Position numbers and translations under genes: made by a program
Shown: positions 1 to 13,943 of the stretch, piece by piece
Position numbering within the stretch: the stretch's first letter is position 1
How the letters are laid out: each line of letters starts with the position of its first letter
Assembly (NCBI GenBank): GCA_017499595.2
Contig: CM039002.1
Coordinates: 1,612,001-1,676,000 of the forward strand
DNA length: 64,000 nucleotides
From: Psilocybe cubensis
Lineage: Eukaryota
Direction of reading: 5' to 3'
Notes under the pieces: model-generated
What the model saw: the letters and a program-made list of their open reading frames with translations, nothing else
What the model was told of the DNA's origin: nothing
The model's database searches: none

Positions 1-2797
1 GTGCTTTTATTAGAACAATTAAGGAAAACGAAAGGCGTCATACTCTGATTATAAAGAGCAACAGGTCTTTTCGTAGCCATGACTGTTCTCTGATTGTTTG
101 CGGAGAAGAAAAAACAGCATTGCGACTGTTCACCACGCTGTGTTTTAAGTGGAGGTTAATACATGCAACTATTGTCCAGAAGCTCAAACATGAAGAAGCA
201 AAAGTCCTGTAAAAAATCCAAAGATTGACGATATTTAATCCATGAGGAAGAGGAATCCCTGCCAATATTATTGAACACGGGGTTTTTGTTGCATAGAGGA
301 AGACTACGGCGGAACTCTTCCACCTGCTATCCATTTGTGTGTTTGAGTCTTTCGAGCTGGTCGAGAAAAGCAGTGCAATCTGCGTAGCTCGGATTCGTAG
401 TTTGAAATCTTGCGCGTGTGACAGAGAAGATTTGTTTTGCAATCGCAGGATTCTACAGTCATCATGGTAATTTCGAGGTACGTGTACTAGTCTACTCGTC
501 AATGACGGAGGAATTACTGACATGAGAGCGAATATCTCCCTTTGTCGCCAGTTGTGTGTTTTTCATTTGTAAACGAGGTCTTTATTTACCGGGCGCTTCT
601 TATAAGGTTGCGATCATCATGGAAAACTAAATGGGCAAGCCTGATTCTTAACATACATTTCAAACTACGTTGCGCTTCACCAGGTCGGGAAATATATTTT
701 ATTTACATGTTATTCTGCAAAGCAGTCTATTATTTCTTCAAGACCTATCTATATATATACGCTCAAAAATAGAACATGATTTCCTGCAAACTTCATGTTC
801 GATTCTCAAGGTAGTTGGAAGCATGCTGCTGCTCCACGACCGGACTCATTAGATAGAAACTGACTGTGCAAATCATATTGGGCAGAATGCACTGCCATGT
901 TTACAGTGTCATTCATTACGTCGTCACGGTGCCCTGCACAGTAGTTCGAGACTAGATGCTGGAAAGCAGTCTAATTTGCAAAGCAAAATAAGTTCAGAAG
1001 ATCGATACGAGGCCAGTAGCCAACGGCCATTTTAGCTCTTATCTTTCCGTTTCAATGGCCCAAATTTTTTTAATTCATTCACTACATGTTCAAACTCGTG
1101 CAATGGAATAAACAGTTCACTGCCTCTCGGATCACAAGACACAAGAGTAGGCTCCGAGTCGGAAGGATTCTCTGCACGACCATTCTTCTAGTTTACGGGG
1201 TACAAACATTTTCAGAGTCACTGCCTTCAAGTTATTTCATTGCTTTGGAATGAATCGTAGGAGCTTGACTCAAGGACTCTTCTGATAGAACAAGCGTTCA
1301 TTCAAACTCCAATTCATTTGAACGTTTTTAAAGTTGCAAGTTCTTCAAGAAATTTCAAGTTGATGCACGTTCATCGCATAGAATTAAAATCACGTTGGCT
1401 GAATTTGTACTTGATTCCTTGGCTGGCTTGGACAAACTAATGCGGGTTTACAGCGGTTTTCGTGATGTGTTATGGCTGTACTTCATTGCATTTCAGTCGA
1501 CTTCATGTTTGGCCAAGAATGACCTTTGACATACCTGGCTATTGCCAGGCTGAAAGGTTGTGGAAGACCGACGTGTCGTATCAAATGCAGTGTCTCCGTT
1601 CTATTGGATGACACGCACCAGCTGAGCTTGTTTGTATAGTCAGCTTCCATTTTCGAAGGCGAGAGAGCAATGCGTAATGTCTAATACAGCTTTTGCGGCT
1701 TTTCTAAAAGTCTTAAGAAGAATTTGAGGGCAATACGATGTACTGGCAAGCATGGTTAGAGTGGCAGCAAGCCATGAGGTAAACCGATTCCAAAAACACG
1801 GACAATGCACAAAACTAATGGACGTGACATGCTCCAGAAAATTCAGCCAGAGTCCTCGTGTAATTATATTCCATGGTCATATCTCCTGAAGGTTCCAAAA
1901 CTGCGGCACGGTCAAGGCTGTGCTCATTGATCTTGCCGCAAAAACGGACCGTGCAAATGCCCGTTATAGCCTCTATTTCGCTCATTCCCCAGTCCGTCTG
2001 AGCCTCCCCAAAATTCCACGGAGAATGCACCAGATTTCATTTTGCATAATATCGTTACTTTAGTTGACAGAGTGCACTACAGGGTGCATCTGGATATCCT
2101 TATGCGGCAACCGTGTCGCCTAAATGGGAAATTGTCAACGTGAAATGCCCATTTGCATTCATCTTCCCACTCTGGAGTCTGTCATTCGAAGCGATCCGAG
2201 CGGCCCGATCAAGAACATGTTTACACGCTGTTCGCTGGCTAAGTTGTGTGCCGAAATAAGTCGCTGAGAAAGTGAACAAATTTACTTTTCTGTCAGATCT
2301 TGTGTTTTACCTTTCGTATTCCAGCCCTTGAGCCTCAAGTATTTCATCCCTGCCGGAAAATTTCCGTGATGATAACTGTAGTTTAATGTTAGGTTTCCCC
2401 TTTTTCAGCAGTCGAATTATTTAGAATCGGCATTCGGAACGCCATATCATAACAGATGGCACTCGGCCCTCTAAGTGAAGTCGTACCACAGAGAAAATAC
2501 GTGGACAATAGGCCTTGCCCTGAGATGTTCGAGTATTATTTTGAGACATATGGACTCGTATATACCATAAGAATCTACAATCAGTCGCAACCCATCCGTA
2601 TATAATAAATGAAGGAAGAATGGAGCATTACTGGGTCTGACAAAGGTAAGGGCGTAGCGCGGGATCGTATATATAAGAAGCTCTATGCGGCCAAGTGGAC
2701 GGTGCACCAAACCTTCTACAAAGAAAAAAAAGAAATAAGTCATACCCCAAACCTTTCCCTACTGTAATTTTACACTTTGGTGTACATCGTGATAGAG

Positions 2798-4669
2798 TTA
2801 TACAGACAACGGCACGGAGCCATTGACAATAACGCTCCCCGAGCCTGCAATATCCTCAGGTTTTACCGAGAGCTCTGCCTGACCCTCTGGCGCGACATCA
2901 GTCGCTTCAATTTTGCTCATCTCTTTGATGAAACTGCTCCCCCAAAACGCCGCACTGTACTTGTTGACGTACTTGAAGAGCTTGCGGTGGTTTTCCGCAC
3001 GGACAGACGCATCCATTGTGACGGCCTCATGGATAGCATCAGCCACCTGCTGCGAGTCCCAAGGGTTGACAATAATAGATCCATTCAGACTCTGCGCTGC
3101 ACCTGCAAACTCAGAGAGGATCATGACGCCTTGACGCGCTTGTTGACAGGCAATATATTCGTATGACACCTATGAACGAGGGCGCCTCGTTGAGTGAACA
3201 GATGTATAGAAGATAATTGTGCACGTACAAGGTTCATACCGTCTCGCGTACTGGAGACAAGGCACACATCACTGACGGCATATAAAGCACAAAGTTCATC
3301 GAAAGCCAAACTCTTGTGCATAAAGTGGATAGGCATGAATTCCACGGTCCCAAAACGACCATTAATACGGCCCACGAGTTCGTTGACAGTCGACCTCAAG
3401 TTTTGGTATTCCTCAACATCTTGTCGTGATGGGACAGCCAACTGGACGAGAACGACCTGAAACAAGATGAGCTAAATCTCACAACCAAAATATAATTAAA
3501 ACATACCTTTCCAATCCACTCCGGATGCTGAGATAGGAACAACTCAAGTGCATGTAATTTTTGAGGGACACCCTTGATATAATCCAGACGGTCGACGCCA
3601 ACGATAACTTTGACGCCCCCAAACCGCTGTTCGAGTTGCTTGATTCGGTTGATAACGGACGGCTTTTGAAGATTCTGTGGCACGACTATGATGAACACAG
3701 GACTGGATGCACCAAGTGAAGTCAACGTACGTCTATGAAACTGCTCGGTTCTATGCCGATGGGGAAAGTCCCCACATGAGCAAGTCTGCCTTCAAATTCC
3801 ACACCGTTGGGCATGGTAGGCAAACCCAAAATACGGGTACAGGACGACAAGAAATGACGAGCGTAGTCATAGGTGTGGAAGCCAATCAAGTCACAATACA
3901 GAACACCGAGAAGAATCTCCCTGCGGACTGGAAGAATTCTAAAAGTGCATCAGCAATGATACAATAAAGTACGTAGACGCTGGTACCTGTAGATTTCACT
4001 ACTCGGGAAGGGAGTATGAAGGAAGAAGCCGATTTTGACGCCGGGTGTCGGAGCCTGGGTAGTTGAGAAAGCGGTGACGTCAATGCCTTCTGTGATTTTG
4101 GTGAGCTCATCATTGGTGAATGTGCCGACATTCTTTTTGCCGTCGAGAATACCACGCAGAAGCATGGGAAGCAGCATGAGATGGTAGTCCTGGACCCAAA
4201 CCATGGCGCCTGGGGTAATTTGCTTGCGAACTGCCTCGGCGAACTGCATGTTAGCCTGACGGTATGCAAGCCAGTTCTCTTCATCAAAGTTCATCTCGCC
4301 AGGGTGATAGTGGAAGAGGGGCCAGAGGATGGAATTTGAGAAACCGTTGTAGTGACGATCAGCTACGTCATCGTCGAGGTAGACTGCCTGGCATGAGTAC
4401 TCCTCCATGAGCCGTTTGTCGACGAGCGGACGATCCTTGGGGGGAATGAAGAACCCTGGCCATCCGATCCAGGTAAAGTTGAGGGATTTCTTGAACCCAG
4501 AGAGAGCAGAGACGAGACCTCCCGAGGACATCTTAAAGTGGTACTCGCCATGGGCATCCTTGTTTATGGTGATGGGGAGTCTGTTTGAGACAACAATGAG
4601 GTGGCCGCCCTTGCCAAAGTCCATGGCTGGCTGCTCTGTGGAAGAAGAATGGGGGACTTCGGAAGCCAT
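2798..4669 (-). CDS. TPS1: Trehalose-6-phosphate synthase (glycosyltransferase family 20), multi-exon
   Basis: Motifs VVSNRLP, SSGGLVSAL, WIGWPG, YNGFSNSILWPLFHY, WVQDYHLMLLP, GFFLHTPFPSSEIYR, VGVDRLDYIKGVPQKL, RDGMNLV, LSEFAGAAQSL across ORFs 3950-4747, 3396-3725, 3121-3465 and 2798-3169; ATG at 4669. Confidence 0.96.
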
Positions 4670-4963
4670 ATGCAAGGCAGAGTATAAGTATCGCAGAGAA
4701 AGATAGAGTCGAGAGAATAGATGGCAAAAGCTCGCTGTATACGCCAAATTGGGAAAGATAATCGGATCGCTTAAGAGGCGACGCCCGGGGAACGTTCGAG
4801 CATCTCCATGTCTATAATAATCTCTGCCTCCGTCGTCATACCCAGATCACTTCTTATTTCCTATTTCGTCCGATCCCGCTCTTTACGTGCAACATCACTC
4901 TTTGTATTTTTGTACACACTACACATCTCGTATATATTACGGTACAACCCCGGAGTACTACAC

Positions 4964-6181
4964 TTAGTCGAACAGTCCGAAGCCCTGTATTGCAAACGTG
5001 CTTCAGTCCTCTAAACCTCTTTCTTTCGTTTCTGCAATCACTTACCATGTCGTCGTCAGACTCCTCCTTCTCTTCCTCTTTCTCCTCCGCAGCGGCAGCG
5101 GCAGCAGGAGCGGCCTCAGAAGCAGCAGGCGCAGCAGCGACGGCAAACGCCTCAGGGTTGGCAAGGTATTCCTTGATCTGTAGAGAAACAGAGTTAGCAT
5201 CTATGTGGTAAGGACGCATGCAAAGTAGTAAATAAAAAGTCAGAATATGTGTTTTCCGCCAGATTGAGCTCGGAATTTTCAGTGTGTGTTTTAAAAGTAT
5301 TAATCTTCCAGGCTCGTATGGCATATGACTCTCACCTTATCGGCAGCCTCGAAAGAGTACTCAGTCTCGAGAGCAATGGCAAGCAAGTTCTTGTAGGCGT
5401 TGACAAGGGAGTGGGTAACCGACACAATAGTGGGGTAGTTGAGGGCAAGGGAAATGGCGGCAATGGTCTTGATGCCGGACAAGAAGCGGTCAACGAGCTC
5501 TTGCTCGTCAATGTCAAGGACGGTGGGGGAGAAGATGTTGCCGTTGTCAAAGATGTAGTCAACAGTCATTCCGTAGGTGAAGGGAGAGATGTTGAGCATG
5601 TTGAGGAGGGTGGCTTCGGAGGATCCGACACGGGTTCCAGCAGTGACGACCTTGACATCGGACACAATTTCAATAGTACCACGAGCAATCTTGGTGGGGA
5701 TACCGAGGGCCTGGAAGAAAGAGGTCTTGCCGGGTTCCATTCCGGTGTTGCTGGCAGGAACGATAACGTCCTTGGGGGCGAAAGCACCAGCACGGGCGGG
5801 GGCAGCGACCTTGTTGGCAACAATGAGGTCACGGACTTCCTTGAGGTCGTCGTTGGTGAAAACGAAGCCAATGTTGCCCTTGACGTAGGGGAGGAGGCGC
5901 TCGAATTGGGGGCTGTCCGCGAGGATGGTGCGGAGAGCACGGCGAACCATGGTGTTCTTTCCCATCAAGACAACACCTTTGCCACGGAGGGCAACACGAA
6001 TTTGATGCATCTGGTTGGAGCCGACATTGTCAACGTTGACCAAGAAGATCGAGGCTGTAAACCAATGATATAAGGACATTTTGATTAAATGGCAGTAAAG
6101 GACATGGTGCTCACAGTACTTGGACAAGAGCTCCTTGAGCTTAGCGAAGTAAAGCTCCTTATCAGCACGAGTAGCACCCAT
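4964..6181 (-). CDS. RPP0: 60S acidic ribosomal protein P0 (uL10), multi-exon
   Basis: [38 protein letters not shown], Ala-rich hinge, and the spliced C-terminal EESDDDM|GFGLFD* P-protein signature; strong codon bias. Confidence 0.98.
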
Positions 6182-6724
6182 TGTTAGATTCGGTAATCTG
6201 AGAGGTTTTGTTGAGTCCCAAAATCTCCAGACGATTCAATTAACGAGAACGCACAAGTTTTTGGAAAGTTGTTACTGTAAGATGCCTCCCGATTGACCTC
6301 TGCTCCTAAAGAAAGAATGCATGAGCAAGATACCGATATGATTGCAAGGTTGGAGACCAACCTGGTAGTGCCAATGGATTTTTCAAGGCAACTTGGTGTA
6401 AGGACGAGCTTTCGACGCGACAACTTGTGTGGATAAAGGCACCGTGGGAACTATAATTAAGGTTTGAGTTCAGATTCCGATTTCGGCACAATCCGAATTG
6501 CACACTCGGCCTGCAGTCATTGGCCAGCTCGAGGAACTTCAACTTGTTCGAACCTATCAGAAGCTTCCCTACACACCAGATAGTCTGTATACCCCAGTCT
6601 CTCAGGCACTATCTAGGAGTAGGTTAATTGGGCACACTTCTGTGCGGATTTTATCCGTCATCTCTTGTGTGTTGAAGCGACCCTGAAGTCACATACTGGT
6701 AGAAACTCGATCCTATGCAATGGA

Positions 6725-9700
6725 ATGTCGCGATGGTGTCAATCGACTCTATACACCTTGGTCGAACAAAGTTGTGACGCGTCGAATATACGGTGGGATA
6801 TCCTGTACTTGAATCTATCCTTGTTAAGCAGGCCACTTATATCATCTGTGAACCAGGCGTTTGTGTCCAGGATATGCAACCTTAGCGTCAACGACCCGTT
6901 CAATCCGTCGACATCACGCTAAAGAACGGCACTCGGAATGTTCAGAAGCTAAAATTCCTCAAGCTTCTCACAGACGCTTGGAACAACGCGTCCTTGGGCC
7001 TTCTTCTCAAGGTCAGAGGCCTGGCGTCCGTAATACACGCTTTGGTGCACCTGCTTCAACATTACCAAAAGCCGACTTGCTTGCCGCCTCCTCTGTGTCT
7101 ACGCCGACGCCAAACCATCCGAAATCTGCATCAGAAATTCGTCCCTCCTTGTCAAATATATCCAAATCTCCCTCCAACGCTCGTATCTGTAAAACCACCC
7201 ATCACACCATTTCCGCAATTGAAGGACTGCTGACTCCTAACACTCCTGCAAAGAAATTATCGACCCGTCTACTCACTTCCCTATATGAGGATGCCTCGAA
7301 ACAATTGGGTGTCCGTTTCTTAGGATCAGAACGGTTGTCGGCCATTTTAAGCCTATGTGGATCACTTGCTTCCAGCCCTCACCCGACGCTATATTTTAAT
7401 ATTCTTGCTTCACGGTATCATTCAGACTTGCCCAAAGCACAGTTATGGTCTTTTGTTGCCAATGTAGGGGCCGACAAAGCGAAGTCAGGTTTTGAGCTCA
7501 CAGTGGAAGATCGGTATTGGGTTATGCAGGCGCATCTGGCAAAGGCTCGAGTTGCAGCGAAGAACCGCCTGAAACCATGTGAGTATTGTTTACCTTGAAG
7601 GTGGAAATGCGTTTGACCCATTTTTTTACCAGATTTGGATAACTTGCGCCTTCAGTATGAACAACTCCAGAACGCGAGTGATGCACCTGAAGCTCACCTA
7701 CCTTATCTTCGGCTCTTGGTGTCTACGCGCAACGTCACTGAGGCGATTCAACACCTCTGCCGTGTTTTACAACGGGTTGAGCATCCTGACCCTCAGTTCC
7801 CCCAGTTTCTTTGGGATGTTATCCTTATGCATGGTGCTGACATTTCTATCACCTCAAAAGAGCTCATCTGCTCGACTGTCTCCCATCGCATCAATGCGAT
7901 CTCGAGCCACTGGGTACCACGTTCATCTGGCATTTTAACAACACCCCCATTGATCGCGGGTGTTGCTAGCCAAGGCGCCATTGGAATTCCTCATATGACG
8001 GCGGCGCTTGCTGCTGCGTTGTTTCCTTGCTACAATTACTCGGGTCATTTTCTATACCACTGGGCAATTCAACAGGCTGGCCAAGCATTTGCTTCTCACC
8101 TTCCTATAGAAGATCGATGGAACAATATCCTCCTACTAGCAACAGCGATTCATCCAAAGATGCGGCCGGCTTCGTATTCATCTGCGACTACAGTTCCACT
8201 TAATTCTGGAAACATACTATGGAGGACGGCTTTAGCATTGGAGAACATGAACAGAAGTTTTCCAATTACCGGATCTGATTATGGGTCGTTGTGCGCAAAG
8301 GTACAGGCGATCACAAGACCTCTTTGGACAAGTTACTCGAGCATCAAGAAAGGGATGCAGCATGTGGACATCACTCGCGCATATATTTCAGCATTTCTCC
8401 AGGTTGCTGAGAGATCATTCGACGAACAGCTAAAAGGAGAGTGCTATCGTTTTTCGAAGGAGTCAAATCTCTGGACCTTCAGCCAGAACGACGATCGGCC
8501 TACAAAGGCACAAGCTATCGACTTAATAGTGGCCTATGCAAAGGCGCATATATCTTGTAAAGGGCGCGATTGGGTGGGGTGTTTCTCTGCAATCTCTGCT
8601 TTGGTACCTAATTTGGCCTGGCAAGAAGAGGTTACGACTCAGCTCATACAACAGTACTCTCAACGCAAGGTGGAAATTGCTTATGATCTCTATGTGCAGT
8701 GCTTGGAGGTTGGAATCCCCATACGACCTGAAGCGGTCAACAACCTTTTCGTGGGACTTGTCAAAGGTCATCGCTGGGATATCATCACCCTGTTCTTGAA
8801 ACATTCGTCGACTACCCATCATCAACGACAATTTCTTTTTGGTGAAAGTTTGCGTGTATTTCAAGTGGAAAGGTATCGATATGTTGACACGGAATTCATG
8901 AAGCTATTGGCCCAGACTTCTCTTAAGTTATTTGAACATCAGTCACCTCCACGATCGCTCAAATATCCGATACGTTATTTTCTGTCCATGATGATCTGGT
9001 CACGCCTTGGCTGGGACATGGTCAAACTCGTCGAACTTCTTCACCGCCAGGTCCCAGATTTCTTCACGCAGAATTTGTTGCGTGCTTTAATCGTTCAGCT
9101 GGTTCGCCACCGTCAATCTTCACAGGCACTCCAGTTATTTCGCATCTTTGAGCGTGGTTCAAACGAAGTTTCATCTCAGTCTCTTGAGCGTATACGACAT
9201 GCTCTTATGTTCAAATTATTCAAGCAAGGTGCTTATTCGATGGCTCGGAAGGCGATACGAGGTGAAACTCGGGCAGTTTCACTGACTAAACGTGAAGCTT
9301 TAGTTCGTCGTAGACTCTCCATGCCGACACTTCCAGCCTCGTTCTATCAACGCGTGCGAAAGGTAGCTCTTAATGCTCTTGCCGAAGGTTCAACAGTCAA
9401 GGAGGCCGTTTCAATGCTGGTAAATGGTAACCGGCTACTTACTGCAAGGAAGCTATACGCCAAATGTCGTTCAACACTGGACGTCAAGATTCGTACGACG
9501 ATTGGCAATATGATTATTCACGGCGCACTCCAAAACTCTGGATTTCGAAATGCTCGCCTGGTCCGTCGCGTCGTCCGCATGAAAGACCTCTTCATTAAAC
9601 AGTACGGGTTTGTGCCCGACCGGGCGACCCTAAACATCATTGTCAAAGCTATTCTGAATTGGAGGACGATCCTGGACGCTCCGAAAGTGCGACGTCTATT

Positions 9701-10049
9701 CGATACCATGGTACATGGAGGTTATCCCGTTCCAGAACAATTCCGGCAAGAAAATGGGGTGCCGTTTGGCTCGCCCAAAAGACCGTTCAATTCCTTGCCT
9801 CTTGCGTCGCTTCCTGCAGGATACTCTTTCGCCAAGCATATCAGGCCCATGTACAAGATGTTTATCAAAGCATTTTATGTGCGGAAAGATGTGACGGCTG
9901 CGAAGACGGTTGTTGGCATTTTAAAGGAGGTGGAGGCTGCATCGCTGAGGGAGTTGGAAAAGCGGGATAAAGCTAGGCGAGATGGAATCATTAAAAAGAA
10001 GCTTAGGTTACGAAGGGAGGTTGAAGTTGCGCGGAAGGACGTGAAATAA
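6725..10049 (+). CDS. Large helical, probably mitochondrial PPR/TPR-like protein (~1070 aa), 3 exons
   Basis: Model: ATG 6725, introns ~6793-6855 and ~7580-7632, then the 804-codon ORF. R/S-rich N-terminus; PPR-like segments (GFVPDRATLNIIVKAIL...VRRLFDTMVHGGYP; YKMFIKAFYVRKDVTAAKTVV). Divergent from RPP0. Confidence 0.7.
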
Positions 10050-10328
10050 AGCAAAATGTCAATGTTACATAGTTTTGTTGTGTTTATGACTTGTCACTAA
10101 AAAGGTAGAATGGTAATTCCGGAGGCTGGATGTGAGGTAAAAATATTAAGAATGTCCTAGTAACTTTAATGGGTGACTTGTGACGCATTTGAAGTCAACT
10201 GTCAAATCAGACAGGTAGTGAGATCGTTATATTGTCGTACAGTCAGAAATAATCGTAACAGAAGTGTATAGATATTATAGTATAACAACAGATTGACCCT
10301 TTTTTGAGGTCGCAGAATAAAGGCGAAA

Positions 10329-12665
10329 TTACTGTTTACTTTCAGGGATTACATCGCCATGTTTGTCGTGGGTAGCATCCCAGTGAGCTAGCTCATCATT
10401 GGGGACCTTAACGAGCACGGTCGTCTGTGCACCGTCAGGAAGTCGCTCCAGAAGTTGGCGGATGGAATAGTTCCCAAGTTTGGGAAGAACCTGGATAATC
10501 AAAACATACGCAAAGCCCGAGATACCGAGGCTGTAAAGAAAAATGTCAACATCTATTATACTGGTCAAACAAAGGACATACATTGCAAGACCGACGATGC
10601 AATAGGTAGCGTAGAAGAAGCTGACATCTCCGGCGTAGATGCCTCCTTCAGGCGGGACCCAAGGAAGGATAAGGAGGTAAATGTTTACGAGGATTGCAAA
10701 GATAAGGACAACGTTCCACGCTCTGAATTCGGTGGGCGGTGCACCGATGCTAGCCCGTCGCTTCCGCACAAAGAAAAGGCCCAAGGTCATCAAGAAACTG
10801 AAGACATTTCCGGGGTATGATTGCAGGTCAACGACTTGCGAAAAGTATCAGCAGGAGAAGATAATATTAAAATAGAGTAATTGACGCACTGAAATTGAAC
10901 GCATCTCCAGCTGGCGGGGCGATAATGACAATGACTGTCAGAATCCACTTCAACAAATATGGGCCCAGAGGGGTGTTGAAAGGGCGCGTAGAGGCCCAGA
11001 ATTTGGGATATGGCAAAACGCCTTGTCTATTTTGGTCTTAGATTGATAGCAGAAAGAAAAAAGTGACAGCGTGTGCATACCTTCCGCATTCTCGGATGAT
11101 CCTCGATGAACCTATGATCACGGCCAGAAGGTTGCCAAAACTACTGACTGCGATGAGTGCACTCATGGCAGTGACAGCTTTGCTGCTCCCGAATACAGCC
11201 GTGAAGAAGAGACTGGCGGTCAGTACATTTGATGACTCGATCTTCTCCTTGGGAATAGCCGCAAAGTAGGCAATATTGGCGAAGAAGTAGAGAATGAAAA
11301 CAATGGTGAGCGATATGGGAGCATATCGCTTTACTGTCTTCACTGGGTTCTTGACATAAATTTAGCAATAAAACACATGATATGCACACGCATTGACTTA
11401 CTCTGACTTCATTCAAAACATTAAAAGCATTCTTTGACACTGATGAGCATCAACACCAAAGTCACGTAAAATTGAACGAGTACCTCAAATCCTGCATACG
11501 CAAAGTTGACCTTGACAAGTGCAGTTGCTAACCCGTTTCCGTTCGAAGATGTACCCGCAAATGCATCTCTAAAGTTAGCAGTCGGATCTTCAACCCGAGT
11601 ATTTCCACCAAGTACCACAAGTCCTGTAATGGCAATACTATATGCACACTAAATGAGCGTACTGTGCATCGGGATAAGTTCGCTCTAAAAACGTACAAAA
11701 CAAGGGTAATGACTTTGACAACGCCGATAGCATTTGAGAGACGAAGGGACCACTTGGTACTTAGTATGCAAACTAAACAAGAAGTCAATCATTTGACGTT
11801 TAATGAGTCTTCTTCAAGGTCACTCACTGATAACTATTATTGTAAACATGCCGACGGCCAACCCCCTGATATTCCAAGTCGTAGCTTGTGCGCCCCCAGC
11901 CACTAGAAGGTACCTAGCAAGAACTGCGCAAGCTCAGATTGTGGAACCTAATCAAGAACCATGAGATCCGTACCAATTGCATTGCTACTGCTGAACGACA
12001 GGAGGACGGATTGGACAGCGAAGGCTGTAGGAATGAGGAACCTCGGCCTGGGGTAAGCCTGAGAAAAGAGTTAATTTCGTTATGTGCTATTAAATTCTGA
12101 AACATCAAGACGATCCAACCTTCTCGAGATATGCAACTTCTGCTCCAGAACGATGCGGGAAATAAGATGCGTATTCAAGGTAAACAGCCAAAGACGCTGG
12201 AGATGAAAAGGTTGAAATGTGGTTCATTATCAATAATAATAATTCATACCTCCAGCAAAAAGATAACCTATGACCCAGAAAATGAGACTAAGCCCTACCG
12301 ATCCAACTGCCGACAGAATGGCACCAGCTATTCCGCAGAAATTTTGAGCTAGAGTCGACTTAAAACGTCCAATTACGCACGAGTTGAGAAAACTCCAGTT
12401 CCAATCATTTTGCTGATATTCTGGAAATGTCAAATAGTAATGAGCTATAGATATATTAACATTGAAGAACGATACGTACCAGAAAGATGACACTAAGGGC
12501 GTCGACATGATAACCCAGTGGACTGATCCTCTCCACTGGTGCACCAGAGGTGACCGCGGCATCTTCATATTCAGCGAGATACTCGTCAGAGGAAGATACA
12601 GTCTGGACACCGTACGTTGCCTTCTCGTCGCTGGCGGCGCGGTGTTTCTCGTCTTCCGAAGACAT
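10329..12665 (-). CDS. MUP1: High-affinity methionine permease-like APC/LAT amino-acid transporter, multi-exon
   Basis: GAPVERISPLGYHV, GSVGLSLIFWVIG, FPRSGAEV, NFAYAGF, FFANIAYFAAIPK, SSFGNL, LILPWVPP...GDVSFFYATY; many hydrophobic segments. Confidence 0.85.
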
Positions 12666-13943
12666 GTCACCTCAAGTTGAACGCCTGGGGATCAGTGAAG
12701 TTAGCGGGACTTACTACCCTTTAAAAAGCTGCCTAGAATATATAGAATCTCTAGATTGCTTCAAGTCAAAAGTGATTGCGCCATATCAAAGAAGAATGGC
12801 CGGATTGGCACTTTGATGCCAATGAAAGAAGCATAGGTGTTTCATGGCGCAATCTAGTTCAGATCCTCAACGTCGGTGACGGTTTGAGCAGTTGACAAAA
12901 GCGGATATTCCAATGGTAGTCCATGAGGTTCAATAAGGACGCGGATAATTGGCCCTCACCACGGAGCATATACTTATCTTTATTCAAGAAAAAGTCTATG
13001 AATATATACACGGCGGGGGTTTTAAAGCCGATAAAACCCCAAACTGGAAGGAATTTGGACTTGAGCCCCTCTTTAGTTTGGGTGCAGGTCGTTATTTTTT
13101 TTTTTGGCAGAAATAGAGTCTCTGGACTTCAGATGGTTTCGTACGCTGCCCCGCCTAGATGAGCGCATTTGACGTCTACGTGACAGAACATAAATGTTGG
13201 CCTGAAGTCACCAGGGAGAATACGCCAAACGGCTTGACCCCATGAGGGCTTTTGGAGCAAAGAGACAGTCGTGAGTGGGTGTAACTGAAACCAAAGGGTG
13301 TTGTAGGCTCAGAGAGTTCCAGTGGAAAGTTGTATACTCATCGGTAGGCGCAGACGTTTGAGCAAAGATTCATTGAGATAAGACCTTTCTCTTCTCCGAG
13401 GCGAATCACCATGAAAGACATTAATATTGAGGAGAGCCTACTCTCACGCTTATATTTTTGTCGAATGCTTGCTTGAACACTTTTGGGAGACAGCTCGGAA
13501 ATGTCAGAAAAACTTTGGTCAATTAACCCAGGTTAAGAGTCAAAGTGCCTGAGCTTGGTTTCACGATAGACGGATGTCACGATGACACGTACAAGATCGA
13601 AGTCGAAATAATTCGTGCTTCTATCGACACATGGGCTAGAGTAACAATGCGTCCCTGGGGCGAGTCTTGTGGTGTTACAGAGTAGTGTAAACTTGCTGAA
13701 AAAATGGTATATGGAGAACACATGAAAGCCTAAAATGCCCAGACTAACAGAGCCACAGAGGCTCCGGATCGCATGGTCGATGATTGAGAGTTGGAGATAT
13801 AGTTGATTACGCGAACGAGGAAGTAGTTAATCACAAGAAAAGGTTGGCGAGTGAATTAACTGTGAGAATGACTAAGCAGAACGCGGCATACCAACTCAGC
13901 ATTGGCCGGCACTGGGCGCGCTCTTGTCTTCAAGCACACCTCC

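Noticed and set aside
1-2700. Short ORFs (38-523, 1815-2030, 2471-2743) upstream of the TPS1 3' end
   Set aside because: No recognisable domains and no consistent splice model; treated as non-coding or unresolved.
5249-6073. 274-aa plus-strand ORF
   Set aside because: Antisense shadow of the codon-biased RPP0 exon; no independent protein features.
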